Below are positions 40,772-51,078 of a stretch of 64,000 nucleotides of DNA, in pieces. The position numbers and the translations under genes are program-made. The notes under the pieces are model-generated. The model had not been told where the DNA came from, searched no databases, and saw only the letters and a program-made list of their open reading frames with translations. Position 1 is the first letter of the stretch. Each line of letters starts with the position of its first letter. The stretch spans positions 160,001 to 224,000 of the forward strand of contig CAWBBV010000012.1 in the NCBI GenBank assembly GCA_963787125.1, given 5' to 3'. Source of the stretch: an uncultured delta proteobacterium (GTDB taxonomy: Bacteria; Desulfobacterota; Desulfuromonadia; Geobacterales; DSM-12255).

Positions 40772-41621
40772 AATTAGCCAACTCACCCAGCATTCTCAAA
40801 CGATGACCACGTGAAATACCCGGCAAGATCGCTGCTTCGCCAAGTTTTATACCAACAGCTGCCCCTTCGGCCATTAGACTGTTTATCAAAAAAGCGGCGT
40901 GCCCAAGGCGCTCTTCAATGTTCCCGGGTAGCAGGTCAAACTCGATGATAACCGGCTTGCCGCTTTCACTTGTCATCTCCTTAACCAGAAGATCATCATG
41001 TCTGGCCGAGAGCTTCCAGTGAATCTGTTTCAGCGGCTCGGCACCTGTATACAAGCCGATAGAGACTGTTTCGCCGCCGCTCCCTTTCTGCAGTTGAGCG
41101 AGACTGCCTGTCTGCTTGAAGTCCTCACCCTGCCAGCCACCTGGGAGAGGAAAAGGTTGTGGAAAGACAAGATAGTCTGCCGAAAGAGTGAGGAGATTGC
41201 TGCGTACAAAAAAATTCACTGGAAACGGTGAGGTAACAGTTGCCTTGGCAATTAAGCCACGCCCGCGTGACTTGAAGGTGACAAGAATTTTACGTTCGTG
41301 GTTTTCTGCTGGTTTGAGAATGTGAAACGCTGCAGATGTTCCCTGGAGATGGAGTTTTAGGAGGAAGTGTGGGAGAAGTGTTCTTTTTGAACTCAGCTGC
41401 AGTATCAGCTGTGACGGGATACCACAGTAGATTTCATCCGGAAATTTGAGAGAGAGTTCCAGTTTTTGGAGGTTACGTAAACCAAAAATGCCGCTTACAG
41501 CCATAAACCCGAGCATGGAGGCGACAACAAGGAACAGGAGGTTATTACCGGTATTGACGGCAGCCAGTCCGAGTAAAATAGTGAGGAGAATATAAAGAGT
41601 TCCGGCAGTATTGATCTTTAT
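40758..41621 (-). CDS. DUF58 family protein (probable non-canonical start)
   Basis: AAVNTGNNLL, SPFPVNFF, IHWKLSAR; frame open to ATA at 41621. Confidence 0.85.
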   Translation of the reverse strand: MKINTAGTLYILLTILLGLAAVNTGNNLLFLVVASMLGFMAVSGIFGLRNLQKLELSLKFPDEIYCGIPSQLILQLSSKRTLLPHFLLKLHLQGTSAAFHILKPAENHERKILVTFKSRGRGLIAKATVTSPFPVNFFVRSNLLTLSADYLVFPQPFPLPGGWQGEDFKQTGSLAQLQKGSGGETVSIGLYTGAEPLKQIHWKLSARHDDLLVKEMTSESGKPVIIEFDLLPGNIEERLGHAAFLINSLMAEGAAVGIKLGEAAILPGISRGHRLRMLGELANYAAS

Positions 41622-42562
41622 GACAGGGGGATCGGAATTGATGTCAGCAGTTCTTTTAATAGGCCCTCCTTGTCAATCGCTTCGTAACCCGGACGCAGCA
41701 GAAGTCTATGCGCCCCGACAGCAGTGGTCAGTTCCTTGATGTCTTCCGGAAGGACAAAATCCCGTTCAGCAAGGAGCGCATTTGCTTTGGCAGCTTCGGC
41801 CAGATTTATTGCTCCGCGGGTAGATATCCCTGTCAGGATTAGCGGGTGATTCCTGGTCGCCGCAGCAATCCGGTAGATATAGTCAGCCAGTTTTTCCGAG
41901 AGGAAGATGCTGTTCCTGACACACTGTATCCCGGCAGAAATTTCAGCATGGCCTACAAGCGGTTTTATGGAGCGGATATCGTCCCTAATGCTGCCGTAAC
42001 GGATAATCGCTTTTTCGATCTCCTCCGCAGGATACCCCATACCGGTTCTTATCAGGAAGCGATCAAGTTGTGATTCGGGCAGTGGGTATGTGCCAACCTG
42101 CTCGGACGGGTTCTGGGTCGCTATCACCAGAAATGGATCCGGGAGCAGATAGGTTTCACCATCGGCAGTCACCCTCTGCTCTTCCATCGCCTCCAACAGG
42201 GCGCTCTGGGTCTTGGGCATGGCACGATTGATCTCATCTACAAGCAATATGTTATTGAAGATTGGTCCCTTGACAAAACGAAACCTGTTTTCGTGGCGAT
42301 CGAAGATGGTCAGGCCGGTGATGTCAGACGGGAGGAGATCGCTGGTGCACTGCACCCGGCCAAATGTGAGCCCGAGGGATCCGGCAAGCGCAATCGCGAG
42401 AGTAGTTTTACCAAGTCCGGGTATATCCTCAATAAGGATATGACCGCCGGCCAAAAGGGCGATCATGGCAAGTTTAAGTGGTCCTTCCTTGCCAGGGAGG
42501 TGGCTGGTTGACAATTCGCTTATCACCTGTCGCAACTTATGTAATGAGTGGGGGTTGTTCAC
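41618..42562 (-). CDS. moxR: MoxR-family AAA+ ATPase
   Basis: EDIPGLGKT, DLLPSDITG, DEINRA, ATQNP, PLPESQLDRF. Confidence 0.93.
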   Translation of the reverse strand: MNNPHSLHKLRQVISELSTSHLPGKEGPLKLAMIALLAGGHILIEDIPGLGKTTLAIALAGSLGLTFGRVQCTSDLLPSDITGLTIFDRHENRFRFVKGPIFNNILLVDEINRAMPKTQSALLEAMEEQRVTADGETYLLPDPFLVIATQNPSEQVGTYPLPESQLDRFLIRTGMGYPAEEIEKAIIRYGSIRDDIRSIKPLVGHAEISAGIQCVRNSIFLSEKLADYIYRIAAATRNHPLILTGISTRGAINLAEAAKANALLAERDFVLPEDIKELTTAVGAHRLLLRPGYEAIDKEGLLKELLTSIPIPLS

Positions 42563-43185
42563 GTGATCTTCCTCTGAACTCTTTCTGAATATTCAGGATA
42601 AAGCGTTTGGAGGCAGTCGTTACAGATACCGTGACTGAATTCAGCTTCAGTATGTTGGCTGATGTACTCTTCGACCTGCTGCCAGTAACCGGCATCATCT
42701 CTTATTTTTTTGCAGGAGGAGCAGATAGGGATAATGCCACTTAAAACCTTGATTTTTGCAAGAGCGTCTTCAAGTTCGACAGTTTTAGCTTTCAGCAGAT
42801 CCTGATGAAGCTTGAGCTGCATATGGTTGTGAACTCTCAATTTAACAAGACCAGGATTGAAGGGTTTGATAATATAGTCGACGGCGCCAAGTTTGAGTCC
42901 GATAGACTCGTCTTCTGACCGATCCAGGGCGGTTATGAATATAACCGGGATATCACAAAGACTTTTACTGTTTTTCAGATAATGGCACACCTTGTAACCA
43001 TCCATGCCCGGCATCATTACGTCGAGAAGGATCAAGTCAGGTTTTAGTTTTTCAGCCTGTTTAAGCGCTTCATTGCCGTCCATGGCAAAAAAAGTCCTGT
43101 AGTCGCCGGAGAGAAGATCGCCAAGAATATGCACATTCTCAGATATATCATCAACAATCAGTATGATCGGTTTTTCTTCAGGCAT
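42559..43185 (-). CDS. Response regulator (REC + Cys/His-rich C-terminal domain)
   Basis: LIVDD, LLDVMMP, KPF; IPICSSCKKIRDD...SHGICNDC. Confidence 0.88.
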   Translation of the reverse strand: MPEEKPIILIVDDISENVHILGDLLSGDYRTFFAMDGNEALKQAEKLKPDLILLDVMMPGMDGYKVCHYLKNSKSLCDIPVIFITALDRSEDESIGLKLGAVDYIIKPFNPGLVKLRVHNHMQLKLHQDLLKAKTVELEDALAKIKVLSGIIPICSSCKKIRDDAGYWQQVEEYISQHTEAEFSHGICNDCLQTLYPEYSERVQRKIT

Positions 43186-43408
43186 CCAAATCCCTCATTC
43201 GTAAATAATGCTCTTCTGACTGTGAATACCCTCAGCATTATTTTAATATACCAGAAAATGGCAGATATTGAAGTTACCAAATCAGGGTTAATCTGATTTA
43301 TGGGGAGTAGAACCATTTGAGACTTTTTTACTGTTAGTTGACAGAATATTCTGTTATAAAAACAGTTTGATTGGCTTTCCACAACATCTTATCAAGGACT
43401 ATTTATCC

Positions 43409-44614
43409 ATGCCGATAGCAACTATAGAAGAAGCAGTTGAAGAGATTCGCCAGGGGAAGATGGTCATTCTCGTGGATGATGAAGATCGTGAGAATGAAGG
43501 TGATCTAACCATGGCTGCCGAGATGGTCACACCAGAGGCGATAAACTTTATGGCAAAGTTTGGTCGTGGTCTGATCTGTCTTACCCTTACCCCCGATAAG
43601 TGCGATTCTCTCAGACTTCCGCCAATGGTTTCTGCCAATACCTCTTCTTTTGGAACTGCCTTTACTGTTTCAATCGAAGCCAAAAAAGGGGTTACAACCG
43701 GGATCTCGGCTGCTGACCGGGCACATACGATTCTCACTGCAGTAGCTGCTGACTGCAAAGCAGATGATCTGGCTCGTCCCGGGCATATTTTCCCGCTGCG
43801 AGCACGCAGTGGCGGGGTTCTGGTTCGAACCGGCCAGACTGAAGGCTCTGTTGACCTTGCCAAACTGGCAGGGCTGAAACCTGCCGGGGTCATCTGCGAA
43901 ATCATGAATGATGACGGCACCATGTCGAGAATGCCGGAACTGAGAAAATTTGCAGTTGAGCATGGGTTAAAGATCTGTTCTGTTGCCGACCTTGTTGCCT
44001 ACAGAATGAAGAATGAATCACTCGTACGTCGTGCTGTTGAAGTGCCTATACCGACGATTTACGGCGGAGATTTTACTGCAATAGCTTTTCAGAACGATGT
44101 GGATCAACTTGAGCACCTTGCTCTTATCAAAGGTGATCTCTCAACTGACGAGCCGGTTCTGGTGAGAGTCCATTCAGAATGCATGACTGGTGATGTTTTC
44201 GGCAGCGGCAGATGTGACTGCGGCGAACAGCTTCATAATGCCATGGCAATGGTTGAGCGGGCTGGCCGTGGCGTCATTCTGTATATGCGTCAGGAAGGGC
44301 GAGGCATAGGACTTATCAATAAGTTGAAAGCCTACTCTCTTCAGGATCAGGGGAAAGATACCGTTGAAGCCAATCTTGAGCTCGGCTTTAAGGCTGATCT
44401 GCGTGACTACGGTATCGGCGCTCAAATTCTGGTTAATCTAGGGATTAAAAACATCCGCCTCATGACCAATAATCCGAAAAAAGTAGTCGGGCTTGAAGGG
44501 TACGGCATCAATATAGTTGATCGTATTCCAATCGAGGTTGAACCCACCGCAACGAACCTGAAATACCTGCAGACCAAACGCGAGAAAATGGGCCATCTGC
44601 TGGAAAATTTTTAA
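43409..44614 (+). CDS. ribBA: DHBP synthase / GTP cyclohydrolase II
   Basis: [34 protein letters not shown]. Confidence 0.97.
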   Translation: MPIATIEEAVEEIRQGKMVILVDDEDRENEGDLTMAAEMVTPEAINFMAKFGRGLICLTLTPDKCDSLRLPPMVSANTSSFGTAFTVSIEAKKGVTTGISAADRAHTILTAVAADCKADDLARPGHIFPLRARSGGVLVRTGQTEGSVDLAKLAGLKPAGVICEIMNDDGTMSRMPELRKFAVEHGLKICSVADLVAYRMKNESLVRRAVEVPIPTIYGGDFTAIAFQNDVDQLEHLALIKGDLSTDEPVLVRVHSECMTGDVFGSGRCDCGEQLHNAMAMVERAGRGVILYMRQEGRGIGLINKLKAYSLQDQGKDTVEANLELGFKADLRDYGIGAQILVNLGIKNIRLMTNNPKKVVGLEGYGINIVDRIPIEVEPTATNLKYLQTKREKMGHLLENF

Positions 44615-44644
44615 AACTTATTATTAAGTAATTTGGAGGTTGTC

Positions 44645-45112
44645 ATGCCTAATTTTATTGAAGGGAAACTGGATGCCAAGGGGCTTTCGTTCGGCATAAT
44701 AGTCGCTCGTTTTAACAGCTTCATTGGTGAACGACTGCTTGAAGGTGCACTGGATGCGCTTATTCGCCACGGTGCTGCTGATAAGCAAATTGACGTGCTT
44801 CGAATTCCTGGAGCATTTGAGATCCCGCTTGCCGCAAGTAAAATGGCTGCCCGGAAGAAATACGATGCCATTATCTGCCTCGGTGCGGTTATTCGCGGTT
44901 CAACACCTCATTTTGACTATGTTGCCTCCGAGGTCTCCAAAGGTGTGGCACACGTCTCCCTTGACAGCGGCGTGCCGGTGATATTCGGGGTGCTCACCAC
45001 CGACACTATCGAGCAGGCAGTTGAGCGGGCCGGCACAAAAGCAGGTAACAAAGGTTTTGATGCGGCTGTTACTGCAATTGAGACGGTAAATGTTTTTAAG
45101 GAGCTTGTCTAG
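44645..45112 (+). CDS. ribH: Lumazine synthase
   Basis: [25 protein letters not shown]. Confidence 0.97.
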   Translation: MPNFIEGKLDAKGLSFGIIVARFNSFIGERLLEGALDALIRHGAADKQIDVLRIPGAFEIPLAASKMAARKKYDAIICLGAVIRGSTPHFDYVASEVSKGVAHVSLDSGVPVIFGVLTTDTIEQAVERAGTKAGNKGFDAAVTAIETVNVFKELV

Positions 45113-45525
45113 TGGGGGTTAGAAGAGAAGGTCGTGAAAACGCAGTTCAGGCTCTCTACGCGATTGAACTAAGCCCTTCTCAGCCGAGAGAAGCAATACA
45201 CTTATTCTGGGAATCCAATCACTTTAAGCCGGCTGCCAAGGCTTTTGCCGCTGAACTTCTAAATGGAATTCTTGACAAGAGTGCAGAGCTCGATACACAG
45301 ATCAGTGCCAAGTCACCGAACTGGTCTATTTCGCGGATGTCGAAGATAGACCTGGCAATCATCCGGCTTGCTGCTTATGAACTCATTTACCGCAAAGATA
45401 TCCCTAAAAATGTCACGATCAATGAAGCAATCGAAATCGCCAAGAAATTCGGCAGTGAAGAGACGCCAGCTTTTGTTAACGGGATACTTGATGAAATTGC
45501 CAAGAGTCTGCCGGAAATCAAGTAA
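45112..45525 (+). CDS. nusB: Transcription antitermination factor
   Basis: RREGRE, INEAIEIAKKFG, FVNGILD. Confidence 0.96.
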   Translation: MGVRREGRENAVQALYAIELSPSQPREAIHLFWESNHFKPAAKAFAAELLNGILDKSAELDTQISAKSPNWSISRMSKIDLAIIRLAAYELIYRKDIPKNVTINEAIEIAKKFGSEETPAFVNGILDEIAKSLPEIK

Positions 45526-45550
45526 ATATTTCAATTAAATGAGAGAGATC

Positions 45551-46858
45551 ATGAAAGATATTTATGTTGGGCTTATTGGTTTTGGCACCGTTGGAACAGG
45601 CGTTGTCAGGCTCTTGACTGATAATGCCGGGTTGATATCTGACAAGCTTGGCGCCAGACTGATTCTTAAAAAGATCGCTGATCTGGATACGTCCACTGAC
45701 CGTGGTGTTAAACTGCTTCCCGGGGTACTGACACCTGATGTGAAGGAAATTATCAATGACCCTGAAATCAGCATAGTCATTGAACTGATCGGCGGCTATG
45801 AGCCGGCAAAAAGTTTTGTTCTGCAGGCAATTGCCGCCGGCAAGCATGTTGTTACCGCTAACAAGGCGCTGCTTGCCCTCCATGGCGATCAAATCTATGC
45901 CGCTGCGGCAGTTGCCGGGGTTGAAGTCCTTTACGAAGCTGCTGTCGGTGGCGGGATACCGGTTCTGGCTGCTATCAAGGGTAATATGGCGGCAAACCGC
46001 TTCAACACTATTCTTGGTATTCTCAATGGCACCTGTAACTACATACTTACCAAAATGACCAAGGAAGGTCTCGATTTTAAGGATGTCCTGAAAAGCGCCC
46101 AGGATCTTGGTTACGCAGAGGCTGACCCAACATTCGATATTGAAGGGATTGACACTGCCCACAAGCTTTCCCTGTTGCTGTCACTCTGTTTTGGTACAAA
46201 AGTACAGTTTGATCAGATTTATACTGAAGGCATAACCTCAATTTCCGCTATAGATATAAGTTTTGCCCAGCAGTTCGGTTACAGGATCAAGTTGCTTGCT
46301 ATAGGCAAGCGTGACGGTGACCGGATCGAGGCTAGAGTTCATCCGACCATGATCCCGGTGCACTACCCAATGGCTGATGTTGACGGTGCTTTTAATGCCA
46401 TCAGGCTTACCGGAGACTTTGTCGGTCCGGTCATGTTTTATGGTCGCGGTGCCGGCATGGAGCCGACTGCCAGTGCTGTCGTCGGCGATCTGATGGATAT
46501 ATCCAGAAATATACTGGCCGGGGTCGGGCAGAGGGTTTCAGCCCGCGGTTTTCTTGACAGCAGCATCACCTCACTCGCTATCAAACCGATTGGCGAGAGT
46601 GTCAGTCGCTATTATCTTCGTTTCAGCGCAGTCGACAAACCCGGTGTACTGGCAACAATTGCCGGAGCACTGGGGAAATACAATATCAGTATAGAGTCGA
46701 TGATTCAGACTGGCCGCAGCGGTGATTATGTGCCGATTGTCATCATTACCCATGAAGCCGCAGAGAGCGACATTCAGGCCGCACTTGCTGAAATCGACGC
46801 TCTTGAGATGATTCGTGAAAGCAGTAACCTGATCAGAATTGAAGATAATCTGGAGTAA
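45551..46858 (+). CDS. hom: Homoserine dehydrogenase
   Basis: GFGTVG, VVTANK, GYAEADPTFD, C-terminal ACT domain. Confidence 0.96.
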   Translation: MKDIYVGLIGFGTVGTGVVRLLTDNAGLISDKLGARLILKKIADLDTSTDRGVKLLPGVLTPDVKEIINDPEISIVIELIGGYEPAKSFVLQAIAAGKHVVTANKALLALHGDQIYAAAAVAGVEVLYEAAVGGGIPVLAAIKGNMAANRFNTILGILNGTCNYILTKMTKEGLDFKDVLKSAQDLGYAEADPTFDIEGIDTAHKLSLLLSLCFGTKVQFDQIYTEGITSISAIDISFAQQFGYRIKLLAIGKRDGDRIEARVHPTMIPVHYPMADVDGAFNAIRLTGDFVGPVMFYGRGAGMEPTASAVVGDLMDISRNILAGVGQRVSARGFLDSSITSLAIKPIGESVSRYYLRFSAVDKPGVLATIAGALGKYNISIESMIQTGRSGDYVPIVIITHEAAESDIQAALAEIDALEMIRESSNLIRIEDNLE

Positions 46859-46863
46859 TTTAG

Positions 46864-47979
46864 GTGTCTTGGCAGATAGAACAATTCCTCCGAAGCGGTA
46901 CGGCATCTATTCTGGACTCTCTTGGTGATGCTGTCAGCATTCAGAGTCTCGATCTGAAGGTTATCTATCAGAACAAACGGCACATTGACCTTATGGGTGA
47001 CCAAAAAGGGAAATTCTGCTACATAGGTTACCATAAGCGTGACACTGTCTGCCCTGAGTGCCATCTACAAAAAGCTTTCAGAGAGGGCCGCTCAAACCGC
47101 ATAATTACCTCCTCGCAACACTCCAGAAGAGGTCTAATTCACGTCGAAATCATCTCCTCTCCCCTTCTTGATGATGACGGTAACATAGTTGCCGGTATTG
47201 AAGTAGTACGTGATGTTACCGAGCGTAAACTGCTGGATGACAGATACAATGCAATCACCTGCGACCTTGAAAAGAAAACCTGGAAATTGATGGCTGCCAA
47301 TAAGGAGCTTGAAGCTTTTAGTTACACCCTCTCCCACGACATGAAAAACTACCTTGCCAGAATAGCAGTTGCCGCCGATGCCTTAACACACGGGGCAGCC
47401 GATTCGATTGACGAAAACAGTCATTTTCTGATCGCCAGCATTGCTGAATCCTGCACGGCCCTGGAAGAGATGCTGGAGGCGATCCTGCGCCTCTCGGCAA
47501 CCGGCCAGAATGGAGTGATTCAGCAGGAAGCTGTCGACCTTGGGGTTCTGGCTGAAGAGATTGCCATGGAACTCAGATCTCAGTATCCAGAGCACCCTGT
47601 TAACTTGACGCTGGGTGAGTCGCTGCTCACAAGGGGTGACGCGCAACTCCTTAAGGTAATGTTGCGCAATCTTCTGGGGAATGCCTGGAAATACACTCAA
47701 CTAATTTCTTCCGTCAAAATCTCCTTCACCATTGAAGAGTATGATGGCAAAAAAGTCTTTGTTCTGAGGGACAACGGCGCCGGATTTGACATGAAAGAGT
47801 CTGGTCGTCTTTTTAAGCCGTTCAGCAGGTTGAGTGGCTCGGAAAAGATCGCCGGCACAGGAATCGGTCTTGCCACTGTCAGGAGGATTGTCCTTTGCCA
47901 CGGTGGTGAAATATGGGCAGAAGGAACACCGGGCAAAGGTGCTACCTTTTACTTCGCGCTGCCTGTTCTCCCCGAATAA
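46864..47979 (+). CDS. Cytoplasmic PAS sensor histidine kinase
   Basis: FSYTLSHD H-box, NLLGNAWKY, DNGAGF, GTGIGL. Confidence 0.92.
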   Translation: MSWQIEQFLRSGTASILDSLGDAVSIQSLDLKVIYQNKRHIDLMGDQKGKFCYIGYHKRDTVCPECHLQKAFREGRSNRIITSSQHSRRGLIHVEIISSPLLDDDGNIVAGIEVVRDVTERKLLDDRYNAITCDLEKKTWKLMAANKELEAFSYTLSHDMKNYLARIAVAADALTHGAADSIDENSHFLIASIAESCTALEEMLEAILRLSATGQNGVIQQEAVDLGVLAEEIAMELRSQYPEHPVNLTLGESLLTRGDAQLLKVMLRNLLGNAWKYTQLISSVKISFTIEEYDGKKVFVLRDNGAGFDMKESGRLFKPFSRLSGSEKIAGTGIGLATVRRIVLCHGGEIWAEGTPGKGATFYFALPVLPE

Positions 47980-48616
47980 GCTCTGCGAAGGTATGTACAG
48001 ACTGGAAGCGAGCTGATGGTTTTGGTAACAATGACGAACTTGAACTGCTGACAAAGATCAGAAAACGGATGCCGAACGCAGATGCAGTGTCAAGATTTGT
48101 CTCACTGTCTTCCCCAAGCAGTGTTCTTGACGGTTCATAAGGGATTCTCTTTTGTAACTCTCCCCAGAATGCAACATCTTCTTTGGGTAACCCCAGTTCG
48201 TGAGCTGAGATAATCGTGTCAAAATAGGGACCCAAGCTGGTCTTTTTCATTTTGAGCGATAAAGTTTTACCATGGGCGTTCGTCACAAGGTGCACGCCTT
48301 TGCCCTTTCTGCGCAAAAATTCCAGAAACTCAATCACATCAGGATGAATGGCAATCAGGTGATCAATTTCGTTTTTAAGCAACGGAATATCAAGCCCGAG
48401 TTGCTCTGACCAGTAGTCTAAATCTGTCCAGTTAAGACTGTTTTCCTGCGACTTAAACATGGCGTAAAGCTCCACCTTGGCAGTTTCAAGAGAAATCACG
48501 TTCTTTGCAGCGTAACGTTTTGGCACATGTTCCAGCCAGAAATGGTCGTCAAAATGACGATCCAGGAGCGTGCCATCCATGTCTAATAAGACCGTGTCTA
48601 CTTCGTTCCAGTTCAT
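47942..48616 (-). CDS. yrfG: HAD hydrolase (YrfG-like GMP/IMP nucleotidase)
   Basis: LLDMDGTLLDRHFDDHFW, VTNAH, PKE. Confidence 0.85.
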   Translation of the reverse strand: MNWNEVDTVLLDMDGTLLDRHFDDHFWLEHVPKRYAAKNVISLETAKVELYAMFKSQENSLNWTDLDYWSEQLGLDIPLLKNEIDHLIAIHPDVIEFLEFLRRKGKGVHLVTNAHGKTLSLKMKKTSLGPYFDTIISAHELGLPKEDVAFWGELQKRIPYEPSRTLLGEDSETNLDTASAFGIRFLIFVSSSSSSLLPKPSARFQSVHTFAELIRGEQAARSKR

Positions 48617-48630
48617 AGGTGTTTATCTCC

Positions 48631-48668
48631 AAAAAAATGGGGAGTGTCTAGAAGACACTCCCCATTTT
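48631..48668. terminator. Rho-independent terminator of the cytochrome gene
   Basis: AAAATGGGGAGTGTCT-AGA-AGACACTCCCCATTTT. Confidence 0.85.
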
Positions 48669-48688
48669 AACGCATACAGATTAATACA

Positions 48689-49591
48689 CTACTTTTTCTT
48701 GTGTGCAGCTGGTTTCTTGGCAGTGTCCGCAGCTGGCGCTGAAGAAGTTGGTGCAGCTGATGGAGCTGTAGTCCAATTGTTCAGGTCGTGAGCAATACCG
48801 TGGCAATCGCCGCATTTCGGGAATTTGCTCATGATGCCGGCGGCATGAGGAACACCGTGGCAATCCTGACATTTAGGGATCATCTTGTGTTTTTCCTGGT
48901 GACAGGTTACGCAGAGCAGTGCCTTATGCTTTGCTTTGCTGGCGACAAGCATGTTGAACGCTTTTGCGTGACAGGCGGCGCACTGTTTGGACGGTGTGTC
49001 AGCTGCGTAGGCAACAGCTTTAGGCATATGAGCTTTGTGGCATTTCTTGCAATCGCCAGGGCCCTGATCGGCAGCATGAGCCTTGTGGCACTGGGTACAC
49101 TGCGGGATTTTGCCATGAACGTCGTGGCAGAAAGAACAGTTAAGTTTGCTGTGCTTGCTCGGACTAGCCTTGAGTTGGGCAATCTGAGGGGAGTGACAGG
49201 TCAGACAAGGATCAGTCACGTCACGACCAAAGACGATCTCTTTTGGCTGGTGAGGATTCCTGTGGCACTGGAGGCAGCCACCAAGTTTGAAGTGAGGTTT
49301 ACCTTCATGGCACTGACCGCAGAGCGGGATGATCTTCTTGTTTGTCGGCGGGTGACCGTTGTGACAGTCTTGACAAGTTACCTTGGTCTTGTGCGCCTTG
49401 CCCTTTGCCTCAATGTCTGCTGGGGGTTTAGCGTGGCATTTGACGCAGTCGGCACTGGTCAGTGATACTGACGACTTGGTTGTAGCTGCAGGAGCTGCCT
49501 GCGGTGCGGCCGGTTTTACTGCAGGTTCGGCTGCAACTGCTACAGAAGCGAGCAGTAACAGTGCGGATGCAAGTGAAACGATTCTTTTCAT
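48689..49591 (-). CDS. Periplasmic dodecaheme c-type cytochrome
   Basis: Signal peptide; 12 CxxCH motifs counted. Confidence 0.93.
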   Translation of the reverse strand: MKRIVSLASALLLLASVAVAAEPAVKPAAPQAAPAATTKSSVSLTSADCVKCHAKPPADIEAKGKAHKTKVTCQDCHNGHPPTNKKIIPLCGQCHEGKPHFKLGGCLQCHRNPHQPKEIVFGRDVTDPCLTCHSPQIAQLKASPSKHSKLNCSFCHDVHGKIPQCTQCHKAHAADQGPGDCKKCHKAHMPKAVAYAADTPSKQCAACHAKAFNMLVASKAKHKALLCVTCHQEKHKMIPKCQDCHGVPHAAGIMSKFPKCGDCHGIAHDLNNWTTAPSAAPTSSAPAADTAKKPAAHKKK

Positions 49592-49692
49592 TCTTCCTCC
49601 CGTGTTATGGTGATAATCGCCAGAAATGGCAATACTTCCTTAAAATGCAATACCAAATAGATAGTTGCTTGAGCTGTAAACGAATGCAAGAT

Positions 49693-51078
49693 CTAAATCG
49701 CATTTTTCTCAACGAAATCCCTGAGTGTTGAAAGTTCTGCTGTCATGGTTTCGCAACGCGATTGCAAAGACTCAAGACCGTTTAGTCCAGGCGGCAGTTC
49801 AGGCTCTATTCCTGTTGCCAGCTTTACCGCTTCACCAAATTTAGCCGGATGAGCAGTAGCCAGGCAGACCATTTCACAACCGCTAATCCCTGAGTTCAGC
49901 GCTGCTCTGACACCAACAGCTGTATGCGGGTCAAGAAGGTAGTCATAATTTTGTTTAAAATCAGAGATTGTTTGTAGCGTTTCCACCCTATTAACAGAAC
50001 AGGAGTTGAAATCCTGATGGACACGTTGAAGCTCTTCTTTTGAAAACTCCATCTTTCCCGTAGTCGCAAATGATGTCAGTGCCGAGTTAACTCTGGATGG
50101 ATTCTCATCAAAAAGGTAGAAAAGGTAACGTTCAAAATTTGAAGCGACCTGAATATCCATTGAAGGAGAAAGAGTCGCAACAACCTTGTCGGTCGAGTAA
50201 TCACCAGCGTTGATCATACGCGTCAGGATGTTATTTTCGTTTGTGGCAAGGATAAGTTTATTAAGCGGCAGACCGATCCGTTTGGCTACATAGCCTGCGA
50301 AAATATCACCAAAATTGCCGGTAGGAACGGAAAAAACAACATTCCTGGTGCCGTTGGCGGTAACTTTAAGCCAGGCGTAGAAGTAGTAGACGACCTGTGC
50401 CAGCACCCGTGCCCAGTTGATGGAGTTGACCGCGCCCAGTGAGTGTTTTTGCTTGAAAGGGATGTCGCTGAAAAGAGCTTTGACAATATTCTGGCAATCA
50501 TCGAAAGTGCCGTTTACCGCTATATTGTAAACATTGGCATCAGTCACCGTTGTCATCTGCAAAGCCTGAGTTTTTGAAGTTCTGCCGTGAGGGTGAAGGA
50601 TAAAAATGTTAATGTTCTCTTTACCACGTACTCCGTAAATAGCTGCGCTACCGGTATCTCCAGAAGTTGCGCCAACGATGTTCATCTTCTCGCCACGCTC
50701 TTTAAGCAGATACTCAAAGATGTTGCCAAGCAGTTGCAGGGCAACGTCCTTGAAAGCAAAGGTCGGGCCGTGAAAGAGCTCCAGTATATGGATGCCGTTT
50801 TTGTGAATCAGCGGGGTGATTTCGGGATGCTTGAAGGACAAATATGAACGGTCAATGAGCAGTTTAAGATCTGCGGCAGGTATGTCGTCGGCAAACGGAG
50901 CAATAATATTGAATGCCAACTCCTGATAGGTCAAGGAGCGCCATGATTCAATGGTTTCAACTGAGAACAGCGGGAAGCTTTCCGGCAGCAGCAGTCCACC
51001 GTCAGTAGCGAGTCCCATCATTACCGCATCCTTGAATCCTATAGGCTCTATACCGCCGCGTGTACTGATGTAATTCAT
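49693..51078 (-). CDS. thrC: Threonine synthase
   Basis: YISTRG, LFHGPTFAFKD, ATSGDTG, NSINWAR, TAHPAKF. Confidence 0.97.
   Translation of the reverse strand: MNYISTRGGIEPIGFKDAVMMGLATDGGLLLPESFPLFSVETIESWRSLTYQELAFNIIAPFADDIPAADLKLLIDRSYLSFKHPEITPLIHKNGIHILELFHGPTFAFKDVALQLLGNIFEYLLKERGEKMNIVGATSGDTGSAAIYGVRGKENINIFILHPHGRTSKTQALQMTTVTDANVYNIAVNGTFDDCQNIVKALFSDIPFKQKHSLGAVNSINWARVLAQVVYYFYAWLKVTANGTRNVVFSVPTGNFGDIFAGYVAKRIGLPLNKLILATNENNILTRMINAGDYSTDKVVATLSPSMDIQVASNFERYLFYLFDENPSRVNSALTSFATTGKMEFSKEELQRVHQDFNSCSVNRVETLQTISDFKQNYDYLLDPHTAVGVRAALNSGISGCEMVCLATAHPAKFGEAVKLATGIEPELPPGLNGLESLQSRCETMTAELSTLRDFVEKNAI

Noticed and set aside
47040..47070. c-type heme site (CPECH) in the histidine kinase
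   Set aside because: Protein has no signal peptide or TM segment, so covalent heme attachment is unlikely; more likely a Cys-rich PAS metal motif
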